DNA of 36,240 bases from a virus, in IMG/VR virus record IMGVR_UViG_3300045988_115111, positions 1-36,240 of that record; one strand, written 5' to 3'. The notes under the pieces are model-generated. The model ran no database searches. It was not told the DNA's origin and saw only the letters and a program-made list of their open reading frames with translations. Made by a program: the position numbers and the translations under genes. Shown piece after piece: positions 1 to 7,034 of the stretch. Every line of letters begins with the position of its first letter. The stretch's first letter is position 1.

Positions 1-2
1 TT

Positions 3-353
3 TCAGCCGCTAAAGACAGGTAGGTCCACTTTCGGTTTTGCTTGTCCTCCATCACACCCGAAAACGTGGCCGTCCGCCGTTTTTTCGGCTTTGGCCTTTC
101 CGCCTCCATCACCTTCACCAGGGCCGCTATTTTCTTTTTCGTCGAGCCAGTCACGACCGTCCCGCGTCCTCTCCAAAACTAGTAGTTGTTTCCGCCTCAA
201 AGACGCTACAGCGCGCAAAAGCTCCCGCCGTTCCACGGCGTCCAGCCACGTAGACTCCGCCGCGCGCTCCAATACCTGGGCGCTACGGATCAGCGCCCAC
301 ACCATCATCCCCGGGGTATCCGGGTTAAAATCCGCCACATGCTTCACACTCAT
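3..353 (-). CDS. hypothetical protein; its 3' end overlaps the start of the junction-spanning gene in another frame
   Basis: 116-aa ORF. The C-terminal part is low-complexity and Gly-rich. The stop (TGA) at 3-5 lies inside the 55-bp terminal repeat. Confidence 0.35.
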   Translation of the reverse strand: MSVKHVADFNPDTPGMMVWALIRSAQVLERAAESTWLDAVERRELLRAVASLRRKQLLVLERTRDGRDWLDEKENSGPGEGDGGGKAKAEKTADGHVFGCDGGQAKPKVDLPVFSG

Positions 354-613
354 AGGGCTTTAATCCTCTCGACCTCTTCCGGGGCCACACGCCACCGCTG
401 ACTGCCCGCCAAACGCGTACCCTGCAAACGGCCAGCATTAAGCCAGTTACGCACCGTGGGAACGCTTACCCCTAGGGCTTCCGCTACTTCACGTGTAGAC
501 AGCATTCCGTCCGAGTAGCCCGCCTCATGGAACAATTGGCGCGCATAATTCCGCGTAACACCCAATTGGGCCGCGATAGCACCCACGCGGGGGTCGTTTC
601 TATCCGGTAACAT
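350..613 (-). CDS. excisionase-family helix-turn-helix DNA-binding protein (candidate recombination directionality factor)
   Basis: 87 aa. The segment LSTREVAEALGVSVPTVRNWLNAGRL...RWRVAPEEVERI matches the excisionase/MerR-like HTH pattern (TIGR01764-like). Its 4-nt overlap with the upstream ORF suggests operon coupling. Confidence 0.5.
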   Translation of the reverse strand: MLPDRNDPRVGAIAAQLGVTRNYARQLFHEAGYSDGMLSTREVAEALGVSVPTVRNWLNAGRLQGTRLAGSQRWRVAPEEVERIKAL

Positions 614-1196
614 CCCCGCCGCCCTTCAATTCCTTAGCCAGGTTAATGAGCTGTTCCGCCACTGTCCCCACATCCGTAGTGGTGGCCTGTTGCTCTTCAA
701 GTTGTAGGCGCTCTTCCTCAGCTTGCAGGGCCAGCTGCAATATTTCTAGCCGGGTGAGTTCACGCGGGGCCGGGGTGAAATCGAGGGTGCCTTCCATAGG
801 CGCGGGCGTTTTATCCGCTAGGAACTTATCTATGGCGATCCCGTGCCAATCGCGGAAAAGCTCGACAGTGGCCCTATTCTCTTCCTTTACCTGGCCCACC
901 TTGATACTGTCCAACCACCGGCTGAACTCTTCACGTTTCACCCACACAGACGTCCCGCCTGGGAACACATCAACCGACAGGTTTAGTTTTGGCGCCTGCT
1001 GCCTCCAACGTAGCCCCATAGCTGCACAGGCGAGATAAGCGTCTACCATTATCCCATTTTTGCTATGTTCTGCGATTACCAATTTGTGGGGTGAATTAGG
1101 TAAACTAATTTCTTGCAACTTCATGTTGTAAACCTCTCCGAAGGCCCGCGTCCCGCGCGGGTCTTCTTTTTTGTTGATTTTTGATTGTTGACCCAT
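600..1196 (-). CDS. hypothetical early protein (antirepressor-like by position). The true start may be the internal Met MKLQEIS.
   Basis: 198-aa ORF that is the first gene of the leftward early operon. An acidic Q/E-rich coiled-coil forms the C-terminus. No catalytic motif was recognised. Confidence 0.45.
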   Translation of the reverse strand: MGQQSKINKKEDPRGTRAFGEVYNMKLQEISLPNSPHKLVIAEHSKNGIMVDAYLACAAMGLRWRQQAPKLNLSVDVFPGGTSVWVKREEFSRWLDSIKVGQVKEENRATVELFRDWHGIAIDKFLADKTPAPMEGTLDFTPAPRELTRLEILQLALQAEEERLQLEEQQATTTDVGTVAEQLINLAKELKGGGDVTG

Positions 1197-1311
1197 GTAA
1201 AACTATTAGGGCCAAACGCCACAGTGACGCTACTTTTACCCACAGGCGCCCCCTCCACCGGTTGACACAACGGGTTAAAATAGTGGTGCCCAAACCCCCT
1301 ACACCGAAAAG

Positions 1312-1584
1312 GTGAAAAACATGGAAATCAGTATCCACGTCAACGACGGCGCCATGAACGCTATTTATTACGTTCGCAACGAACAGGAACAGCGCCGAGT
1401 AAAATCCGAGCTAGAAGCGGGCCGTCACCCAGGCATTACTCAATGTGCCGTCAATTACGGCACCGCCTATGTTAATCTCAGTGAAAACGTTAGCTATTCC
1501 GTAGTAATCCAAGACATAGGCGAAAATGACGGCCGGGCAATAGGTACCACGGACAGAAACGCCGCTCCCTACGTTAGGTTCTAA
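1312..1584 (+). CDS. hypothetical protein
   Basis: 90-aa ORF with an RBS-like AAAGGTGAAAAAC just before the ATG. It is transcribed divergently from the 600..1196 gene. Confidence 0.5.
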   Translation: MKNMEISIHVNDGAMNAIYYVRNEQEQRRVKSELEAGRHPGITQCAVNYGTAYVNLSENVSYSVVIQDIGENDGRAIGTTDRNAAPYVRF

Positions 1585-1833
1585 CTACATCAATCGCGGT
1601 AGCGACAGCACAGCCGTTAGCGCCCTAGCCTCTTCATCAGATAGCCTCACCCCAGCCGGGGCGAAAATAGGGGTAGCAAGCCCATCCAGTTCGTTACTCC
1701 GATACACCAAAACGCCGCCAATACTGGCCAGCACAAAATTACGCCCCGGCTGTTTGTAGTTAGCCTTTTCAAGCGTCTTTTTCCAGTAGTACACAGCCTC
1801 CGACAATGGGAGCTGCTTCAACTCTGCATCCAT
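1585..1833 (-). CDS. hypothetical protein (start chosen at the internal Met MDAELKQ)
   Basis: The ORF track gives 1585..1947. The ATG at 1833 is preceded by a GAGAGG RBS, giving about 82 aa. Confidence 0.4.
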   Translation of the reverse strand: MDAELKQLPLSEAVYYWKKTLEKANYKQPGRNFVLASIGGVLVYRSNELDGLATPIFAPAGVRLSDEEARALTAVLSLPRLM

Positions 1834-1971
1834 AGCAATACCTCTCAAAGTAGACAGAAGGCGGGGCGGCGTAACCAATTCACAACACCACCCCGCCACA
1901 AAAGCGCGCCCTAGGAAAGGGGTCAAAGCCCCTCCCCCGCGCGCCAACTAGGAATCACACCCCCATGACCC

Positions 1972-2004
1972 CAGCGCCCCTCGACGGAATCGAACCGCCA
2001 ACCA
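1972..2004 (-). other. tRNA 3'-end-like fragment (T-arm GGCGGTTCGATTCCGTC plus a 7-nt acceptor strand). It is not a complete tRNA.
   Basis: The reverse complement of 1976-2000 reads GGCGG-TTCGATT-CCGTC-GAGGGGC-G, a canonical T-stem/T-loop. No complementary 5' acceptor strand lies at tRNA distance upstream. Confidence 0.4.
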
Positions 2005-2344
2005 CACAGGCCAAACCCATAACTATGCACAAACACCAGGAAGGAAAGGAAACAGGGTTAAGCCCTTATGCGCGGTCACACCTAGCAAGGGGCAAAAACC
2101 CCGGCCAAAACAGCCAGGGCAAAAAGAATTTATATCCGCGCGGGTGGTTACCTACAGGCCGTGGCCTATGTTCCAGCGCCCCGCCGTTCACCCCGGGTCA
2201 TCGCAATCTACACACCATGCTCACCGGGACTACTAGGCGGGTAAATATCTTCCCCGCGCTATGCACTCATCCAGTTTTTCAAACAACACGGCCACACCAG
2301 GCGGGCTAGTGAATATGCCCAAACCCCAGCCCATCTAGTGGAGC

Positions 2345-2392
2345 CTCGTGCCCTGCCAGGGACTCGAACCCCGGCCCGTTCCAAACAGGGCC
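2345..2392 (-). other. tRNA-derived acceptor/T-arm minihelix fragment; candidate attP common core
   Basis: The reverse complement reads GCCCTG...GGCCGGGG-TTCGAGT-CCCTGGC-AGGGC-A. It has a T-loop consensus and a 7-bp T-stem with one G.U pair. No D arm or anticodon arm is present. Confidence 0.4.
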
Positions 2393-2566
2393 ATTAGTAA
2401 AACGGTTAACGTTTTCCGTTTTCGGATAACTGCTATATGTCGATTATGTATTACGCGAATCGTTTTTGTAAAACTTGGAATTTATTCACCCCAATTAAGG
2501 GGTATTTTTGGTTAGCTGCCAGGGGGACAGGTTTTCAAGAAATAGGCCAGGCGCTACGCTTTCGAT

Positions 2567-2899
2567 ATGCCCAAACGTCACTCAAATTCCGCCACAGTAG
2601 CCGCCTGGGTAGACGGGTTGATCTACCCCGACAGTCGCCGCCAGGCCTGTTTTAGAGCTGGGATCCAGCAGCCAACGCTCACGCGCCAAATCAACGAAAT
2701 AGGCAAACTAGCGCCAGAGGTAGTTATCCAGTTATGTCGTGCTTATGGGCGCTCCCCGGTCCAGGGACTCTACGAAAACGGCTATCTAGAACCGTCGGAG
2801 GCTAAACAGCCGGACCTAGACTCGATCCTGGCCAGCATCCCATTTAGCCGCCTATTAGAGGAGCTACAGGCGCGGGGTGAACGCGCGGGCCTTAGCTAA
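2567..2899 (+). CDS. HTH DNA-binding protein; short paralogue of the putative prophage repressor
   Basis: 110 aa. MPKRHS...PDSRR...LTRQINEIGKLAPEVVIQLCRAYGRSPVQGLYE aligns residue for residue with the N-terminal 90 aa of the 3274..3897 product. Confidence 0.55.
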   Translation: MPKRHSNSATVAAWVDGLIYPDSRRQACFRAGIQQPTLTRQINEIGKLAPEVVIQLCRAYGRSPVQGLYENGYLEPSEAKQPDLDSILASIPFSRLLEELQARGERAGLS

Positions 2900-2956
2900 C
2901 CGCCGCTTCCTTCACCTTTTGAGCCTTTTCAAAGGTGTTAGCCTTTGTTCCCAGGC

Positions 2957-3082
2957 TTACAGCCCGCCCGCGATTAGGTCAGCCACGGCGACAAAGCCAA
3001 TTATGAATAGCCACAGGCCGGCTAGTAGGACCACGCTCATAGCCAGTTGCTCCCACAGGGGCGGGGTGTTTGTATTGCGCAT
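2957..3082 (-). CDS. small single-pass membrane peptide (41 aa) transcribed divergently from the repressor gene
   Basis: The reverse complement encodes MRNTNTPPLWEQLAMSVVLLAGLWLFIIGFVAVADLIAGGL. A GGAGAGG RBS lies 8 nt upstream of the ATG at 3082. The peptide is below the 60-aa cutoff of the ORF track. Confidence 0.35.
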   Translation of the reverse strand: MRNTNTPPLWEQLAMSVVLLAGLWLFIIGFVAVADLIAGGL

Positions 3083-3104
3083 GTTGTGAACCTCTCCAGT
3101 GTTC

Positions 3105-3130
3105 TAAAATCCGCTCAACGTTCAGTTTTT
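3105..3130. promoter_or_regulatory. operator-like inverted repeat TCAACGTT-N10-AACGTTGA in the divergent switch region
   Basis: A perfect 8-bp inverted repeat lies between the divergent small-peptide gene (ATG 3082) and the repressor-like gene (3217/3274), in a locally AT-rich region. Confidence 0.45.
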
Positions 3131-3273
3131 AAAACGTTGATATTCAGATTATGCGTCGACCGATCGTTTAACGCAAAACTCTGTAATTACTCGCCCCCCT
3201 TACGGGGGTATATAGAATGCCTGAGCAGGGGTTTTCCCTGTTCAGCTTTTCGACCATGAGCTACACTGGCACC

Positions 3274-3897
3274 ATGCCCAAATCCCATAAGCCTGACGCG
3301 CAACAGCTCGCTAAATGGCTAGATGAACTGATTGCCCCCGACTCCAGACGAAACGCCGCAAAAGCCCTAGGAATATCTCCGAGCACCCTCACCCGGCAAA
3401 TTCATGACGTCCAAGAATTAGCCCCCGACCTAGTTATTAGACTATGCCGAATTTATGGACGCTCACCAGCTCAAGGTCTCTACGAAACAGGCCACTTATC
3501 GGTAGAAGAACTGCACACGCCGAACCCCGCAGGCGCCCTTCCAAAAATCGACACACTCTCACTACTAAAGGAGCTAGAGGCGCGGGTGGAAGGAGACATA
3601 ATCACATCCCCCACCCCCACAGGCTCTAACTCATTCCTAAACCTATTAACCGACCCAGCATCAGACTTATACAACCCGACCGTAGATCCAAGCGCCCCAT
3701 TGCGAGATATGTTTGGTGATACGTTCGATAATTCAACCTCGCAGGAAACCCAGGCTAGAGGGGATAATGTCGAACACCTGAACGATAGACGGCGCCACAC
3801 TGTCCGCTTCAATGACTACGGTAACGAATACGACGAAACACGCCACGTTGCCCTAAACGGTGACGAACTAGAACCAAACGAACTACAGGAACCCTAA
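3274..3897 (+). CDS. putative prophage repressor (HTH N-terminal domain plus acidic C-terminal domain), the ImmR-like partner of the downstream ImmA peptidase
   Basis: The longest ORF is 3217..3897. The start at 3274 (MPKSHK) is chosen by alignment with the paralogue. The HTH-like segment is NAAKALGISPSTLTRQI. The stop overlaps the ATG of the ImmA-like gene (ATGA at 3897). Confidence 0.5.
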   Translation: MPKSHKPDAQQLAKWLDELIAPDSRRNAAKALGISPSTLTRQIHDVQELAPDLVIRLCRIYGRSPAQGLYETGHLSVEELHTPNPAGALPKIDTLSLLKELEARVEGDIITSPTPTGSNSFLNLLTDPASDLYNPTVDPSAPLRDMFGDTFDNSTSQETQARGDNVEHLNDRRRHTVRFNDYGNEYDETRHVALNGDELEPNELQEP

Positions 3898-4310
3898 TGC
3901 AATTAGATAGGTTAGCCATACTAGCCGACAACATGGGCCTAACCATCACCTACCACCGGGAAGGCCCGAAAGGCTTTTATGATGATCAAGCCCACCGCGT
4001 CAGCATCCGCGCCGATGTCACCAAAAACTACCGGGAGCACGTCTGGACGCTAGCCCATGAAATAGGCCACGCGGCCAATCAACACAGGCCAACCACAGAC
4101 CCCACTATCAACGCCCGACAAGAGCTACAGGCCAATAGATATGCCGCCGCCTTACTTATCAAGGCCACAGACTACGCGATGGCCGAAACACTCACAGGCG
4201 GCCACCCCGGGGCTATAGCTAACGAGCTAGACCTCCCACGCCACGCCATAGAATTCTATCAACAGCACAGCCCACACGCGCAGAAAGCGCCCCACGCATG
4301 GCTAGCGTAG
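3897..4310 (+). CDS. ImmA/IrrE-family zinc metallopeptidase (COG2856-like)
   Basis: 137 aa with the HEIGH zinc-binding motif (LAHEIGHAANQH). It sits immediately downstream of, and coupled to, an HTH protein, which is the typical ImmR/ImmA arrangement. Confidence 0.65.
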   Translation: MQLDRLAILADNMGLTITYHREGPKGFYDDQAHRVSIRADVTKNYREHVWTLAHEIGHAANQHRPTTDPTINARQELQANRYAAALLIKATDYAMAETLTGGHPGAIANELDLPRHAIEFYQQHSPHAQKAPHAWLA

Positions 4311-5362
4311 ACAAATACACGATCAAAGCCGGGACTAGGTGGCGCGTCCGATACACCACCCCGGACGGCAAACGCCACGCCAAACGTGGTTTTAAAACCA
4401 AAGCCGCCGCACAAGCGTGGGTGGCCCAAAACTTCCAAGAAATAGAAAACGGCAAACTCCACCCCACCACCACGGCGCCCACCATCAGCGAGCTATGGGG
4501 GCAGTACAAACGCCTAGAACTCAAATACTTAGCCCCCACTAGCCAACAAAGCCTAGAGACGTGCTACCGCGTGCACGTTAAGCCCCGCTGGGGTGAATTC
4601 CCCGCCGATACAATAACCCGGCCAGACCTAACAGAGTGGGTCCACACACTAGCTGGCAACCGATCAGCTAGCCTAGTTCAGCGGGCCGTTAGTCTCGTGC
4701 ATAAGCTTTTGAACTATGCAAAAGAGGGAGGGCATATCGACGTTAACCACGCCGACCGCCTACCACTGCCACCCAAACGCCCGAAAGAGGCCACCCCGCT
4801 AACGGGGGAGCAACTCATACGGCTAGCAAATAATGCGGGCCGCTATCGCTCCCTGGTCCTTTTCATGGGCACCACGGGGGCGCGCCTAGGTGAATGCGCC
4901 GCCCTCACACCATCAGACATAGACGAAAAACGCGCGCGGGCAACCATCTCTAAAAGCATCAGTTACATAGGCGCTAAACCTGTTTTAGGGACCACGAAAA
5001 CGGGGCGGGTTAGGCGCGTAGCGATCCCTGCCCCCACCCTAGCCGCCGTCCTAGAGGCCATAGGGGATAAAGGTGGCAACGAGTTTATCTGGGAACGTCC
5101 ACAGGGCGGTCCAGTGACAAACCCGGGTAAGCGGGGCTGGTGGTCCAGGGCGATTAAAGAGTCCCGGAAGCAAGACCCCACATTTCCGCACATTAGTATG
5201 CACGATCTTAGGCACACCGCCGCGTCTCTTATGATCCAGGCGGGGTGTAGCGTTTTAGTGGTGCAGCGTCAGCTAGGTCACTCTTCCGCAAAAATGACGT
5301 TAGATGTCTATAGCCACCTTTTCGACAGTGATCTAGACGCGGTGGCTGATCTTTTGAGCTAG
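4298..5362 (+). CDS. int: tyrosine integrase (phage integrase family)
   Basis: 354 aa. The N-terminal SAM-like/AP2-like arm-binding region is KAGTRWRVRYTTPDGKRHAKRGFKTKAAAQAW. The C-terminal catalytic residues are R...HDLRHTAAS...LGHSSAKMTLDVYSHL (R, HxxR, Y). Confidence 0.92.
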   Translation: MASVDKYTIKAGTRWRVRYTTPDGKRHAKRGFKTKAAAQAWVAQNFQEIENGKLHPTTTAPTISELWGQYKRLELKYLAPTSQQSLETCYRVHVKPRWGEFPADTITRPDLTEWVHTLAGNRSASLVQRAVSLVHKLLNYAKEGGHIDVNHADRLPLPPKRPKEATPLTGEQLIRLANNAGRYRSLVLFMGTTGARLGECAALTPSDIDEKRARATISKSISYIGAKPVLGTTKTGRVRRVAIPAPTLAAVLEAIGDKGGNEFIWERPQGGPVTNPGKRGWWSRAIKESRKQDPTFPHISMHDLRHTAASLMIQAGCSVLVVQRQLGHSSAKMTLDVYSHLFDSDLDAVADLLS

Positions 5363-5373
5363 TGGCGTTTTGA

Positions 5374-5393
5374 GTGGTCCACAGGTGGTCCAC
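5374..5393. promoter_or_regulatory. tandem 9-bp palindromic motifs GTGGTCCAC-N2-GTGGTCCAC (site 1)
   Basis: Seen directly. The same pair recurs at 5579-5598. The 11-bp register places both copies on one helical face, as expected for a protein-binding site (operator or integrase arm-type site). Confidence 0.45.
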
Positions 5394-5430
5394 GTGATGG
5401 GGGTTTTTAGCGTTTATGCTGGTAGGCGGC

Positions 5431-5447
5431 TCGACTATTATAGTCGA
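5431..5447. promoter_or_regulatory. 17-bp palindrome TCGACTAT-T-ATAGTCGA
   Basis: Perfect 8-bp arms around a central T. It lies between the two GTGGTCCAC sites. Confidence 0.35.
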
Positions 5448-5476
5448 TTCCTCTCTGGGGCACTTTTTTATAGCGT

Positions 5477-5514
5477 CCCCTAACCTGTGTTTATGCAGGT
5501 TGGGGGCTTTTTTG
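5477..5514 (+). terminator. intrinsic terminator downstream of int
   Basis: The stem CCCCTAACCTG / CAGGTTGGGGG is followed by CTTTTTTG. Confidence 0.5.
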
Positions 5515-5578
5515 ACAAATGTGCCCTATGTATGTATGTAGTTTTCCGTCGGTTTGTGATGGGTGTAAGTGGTCCACA

Positions 5579-5598
5579 CGTGGTCCACGGCCCCACAC
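5579..5598. promoter_or_regulatory. tandem 9-bp palindromic motifs GTGGTCCAC-N2-GTGGTCCAC (site 2)
   Basis: Second copy of the site at 5374-5393. It lies about 125 bp upstream of the moron gene start at 5724. Confidence 0.45.
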
Positions 5599-5723
5599 AG
5601 GGCGCCGCGCTCGACCGCGTAACTGTGTGACGTAAAACACTGTAACCATAGGTTGCAATTGTGCAACCGCCGCGTTACGATCATGGTGTAAGCAAAAAAC
5701 AAAACAAGAAAGGAACCCCCACA

Positions 5724-5996
5724 ATGAACATCATCGAATACACCCCCGGCCAATTCCACCGCGTCAACTTTCGCAACCTCGTCGCCGACCAAAAGACTGC
5801 GAACTTCACCTGCGACGCCATCAGGCGCGGCCAATTCACCCACCGGGTCAGCTACCAAAACGGCACGGTCTACATCAAAGACCTAACCACAGGGGACCGC
5901 GTGGCAACCTACACCTGGGACAGCTACATCCCCAGCCGCGACGAAATCCTGGGAATCACAGACATCCTAATCGCAAAAGACCTAGGCCTCGAGTAA
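5724..5996 (+). CDS. hypothetical protein (moron/lysogenic-conversion candidate)
   Basis: The start MNIIEYTPGQ is preceded by the AAGAAAGGAACCCCC RBS. The stop TAA overlaps the ATG of the next gene (TAATG). It lies between int and the convergent late operon. Confidence 0.5.
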   Translation: MNIIEYTPGQFHRVNFRNLVADQKTANFTCDAIRRGQFTHRVSYQNGTVYIKDLTTGDRVATYTWDSYIPSRDEILGITDILIAKDLGLE

Positions 5997-6187
5997 TGCT
6001 TCAAGAGCTAACCGACGCCGCGTCCAGGGTGGCCAGTATCGCGCAACAGCAACACGCCGCCGCCCAGGAACGCGACCGGCTTATTAAAAACGCGGTAGAT
6101 AACGGAATACCCATCACCCGCATAGCAAAAGCCACAGGACTAAGCCGGAACCACATTTATCGAATCATCAACAGCGCCCAGGCATAA
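5996..6187 (+). CDS. small HTH DNA-binding protein (63 aa)
   Basis: C-terminal HTH ITRIAKATGLSRNHIYRI. It is translationally coupled to the upstream 90-aa ORF. Confidence 0.5.
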   Translation: MLQELTDAASRVASIAQQQHAAAQERDRLIKNAVDNGIPITRIAKATGLSRNHIYRIINSAQA

Positions 6188-6246
6188 AAAAAATAGGCTC
6201 CGTACCACCCCAGCCCCATACAGGGGTTAAGGGCGGCACGGAGCCT
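6185..6246 (-). terminator. intrinsic terminator ending the minus-strand late operon; convergence point of the two transcription directions
   Basis: A 9-bp stem AGGCTCCGT / ACGGAGCCT holds a structured loop. On the minus strand it is followed by a U8 tract (plus-strand AAAAAAAA at 6186-6193). Confidence 0.55.
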
Positions 6247-6257
6247 CACTCACACAT

Positions 6258-6671
6258 TTAGGGCTGTTCCCTAATCCCACCGCCCCCACTTTTAGGGGAG
6301 TGGCGCGTCTTATCATCGAGCAAACCCAGAGCCTCCAAGACAGGCGCGGGCGCTGGTGGTGGACCAGGCGGGCGGGGCCACGCCTCCAACAGCGCTACCG
6401 CGTATAGGCGGACATGGTCATCGACCACGCGGGCGGCGCGTAGCTCGTGCACTTCTGCCATTAAGCGGCTCAATTCAGCTTCCAGCGACTCTACACGCTG
6501 GCTTAACGCCTCTGCATAGCCCGAGTACTGCTGCCAGGCCACAGCGTCTTTAGACTGCTTAGCCTTTGCAAGTTCAGCGCTGAACACGTAACGAGCGCCC
6601 ACGATACTAGCCAGGGCTGCCAGGAACGCAACAATCACAGAACCCACGTCTAGGACTTCTGCTAAAAGCAT
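6258..6671 (-). CDS. lysis-cassette membrane protein (N-terminal TM helix, coiled-coil, Pro-rich C-terminus)
   Basis: 137 aa. The hydrophobic segment is VGSVIVAFLAALASIVGA. It is followed by a heptad-like region SQRVESLEAELSRLMAEVHELRAA and then PRPPGPPPAPAP. It lies immediately downstream of the holin. Confidence 0.45.
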   Translation of the reverse strand: MLLAEVLDVGSVIVAFLAALASIVGARYVFSAELAKAKQSKDAVAWQQYSGYAEALSQRVESLEAELSRLMAEVHELRAARVVDDHVRLYAVALLEAWPRPPGPPPAPAPVLEALGLLDDKTRHSPKSGGGGIREQP

Positions 6672-6686
6672 CCCGTCACCCCCTGG

Positions 6687-7034
6687 TTAATCCTCGTAGC
6701 GGCCCTCCGAGCATTGCCTCCCGCCGCATGAATGATTAGAGTCAATAAAATCAGCGCGGGCCGCATTCAACTGGGCCGCCTGCGATTGAGTCCACCCGTT
6801 AGGCGTGTTCTTCACACCTACAACGGTCAAAAGGAACCCCACAATCAGGAGGACGGTCTGCACCCGGGGGTCAGCCGCGAACGCCTGGGAACCCGCCCAC
6901 GCCGCCACAGTAGCAAGAAAACCCGCCGCCGTAGTTACCGTGTTCGAATATTCTTTCCACCACGGCTGGGCCGTCAGCTGACTATTAAGCCAACCCGCCG
7001 CAAAGTCCACCGCGAGATTAGAATTCCTAGCCAT
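6687..7034 (-). CDS. holin (two predicted TM segments)
   Basis: 115 aa. The hydrophobic stretches are TTAAGFLATVAAWAG and VLLIVGFLLTVVGV. It overlaps the endolysin stop (shared coordinate 7034). Confidence 0.55.
   Translation of the reverse strand: MARNSNLAVDFAAGWLNSQLTAQPWWKEYSNTVTTAAGFLATVAAWAGSQAFAADPRVQTVLLIVGFLLTVVGVKNTPNGWTQSQAAQLNAARADFIDSNHSCGGRQCSEGRYED

Noticed and set aside
646-1038. 130-aa plus-strand ORF rich in Ser, Cys and Arg.
   Set aside because: - It is antisense to the 600..1196 gene.
- Its composition is low-complexity.
1965-2309. 114-aa plus-strand ORF (MTPAPLDGIEPP...).
   Set aside because: - It has low-complexity composition and no RBS.
- It spans the tRNA-fragment and intergenic region, so it is probably not coding.
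2280-2420. A full-length tRNA gene (possible integration target present in the phage genome).
   Set aside because: - Only the T-arm and acceptor 3' strand are recognisable.
- No D arm, anticodon arm or complementary 5' acceptor strand lies at the right distance.
- It is reported as a tRNA-derived fragment rather than an RNA gene.
3193-3206. CCCCCC-TTAC-GGGGG hairpin as a terminator upstream of the repressor gene.
   Set aside because: - It is not followed by a T-tract on either strand.
- It is more likely a structural or regulatory stem, or part of the leader.
- It is not called as a terminator.
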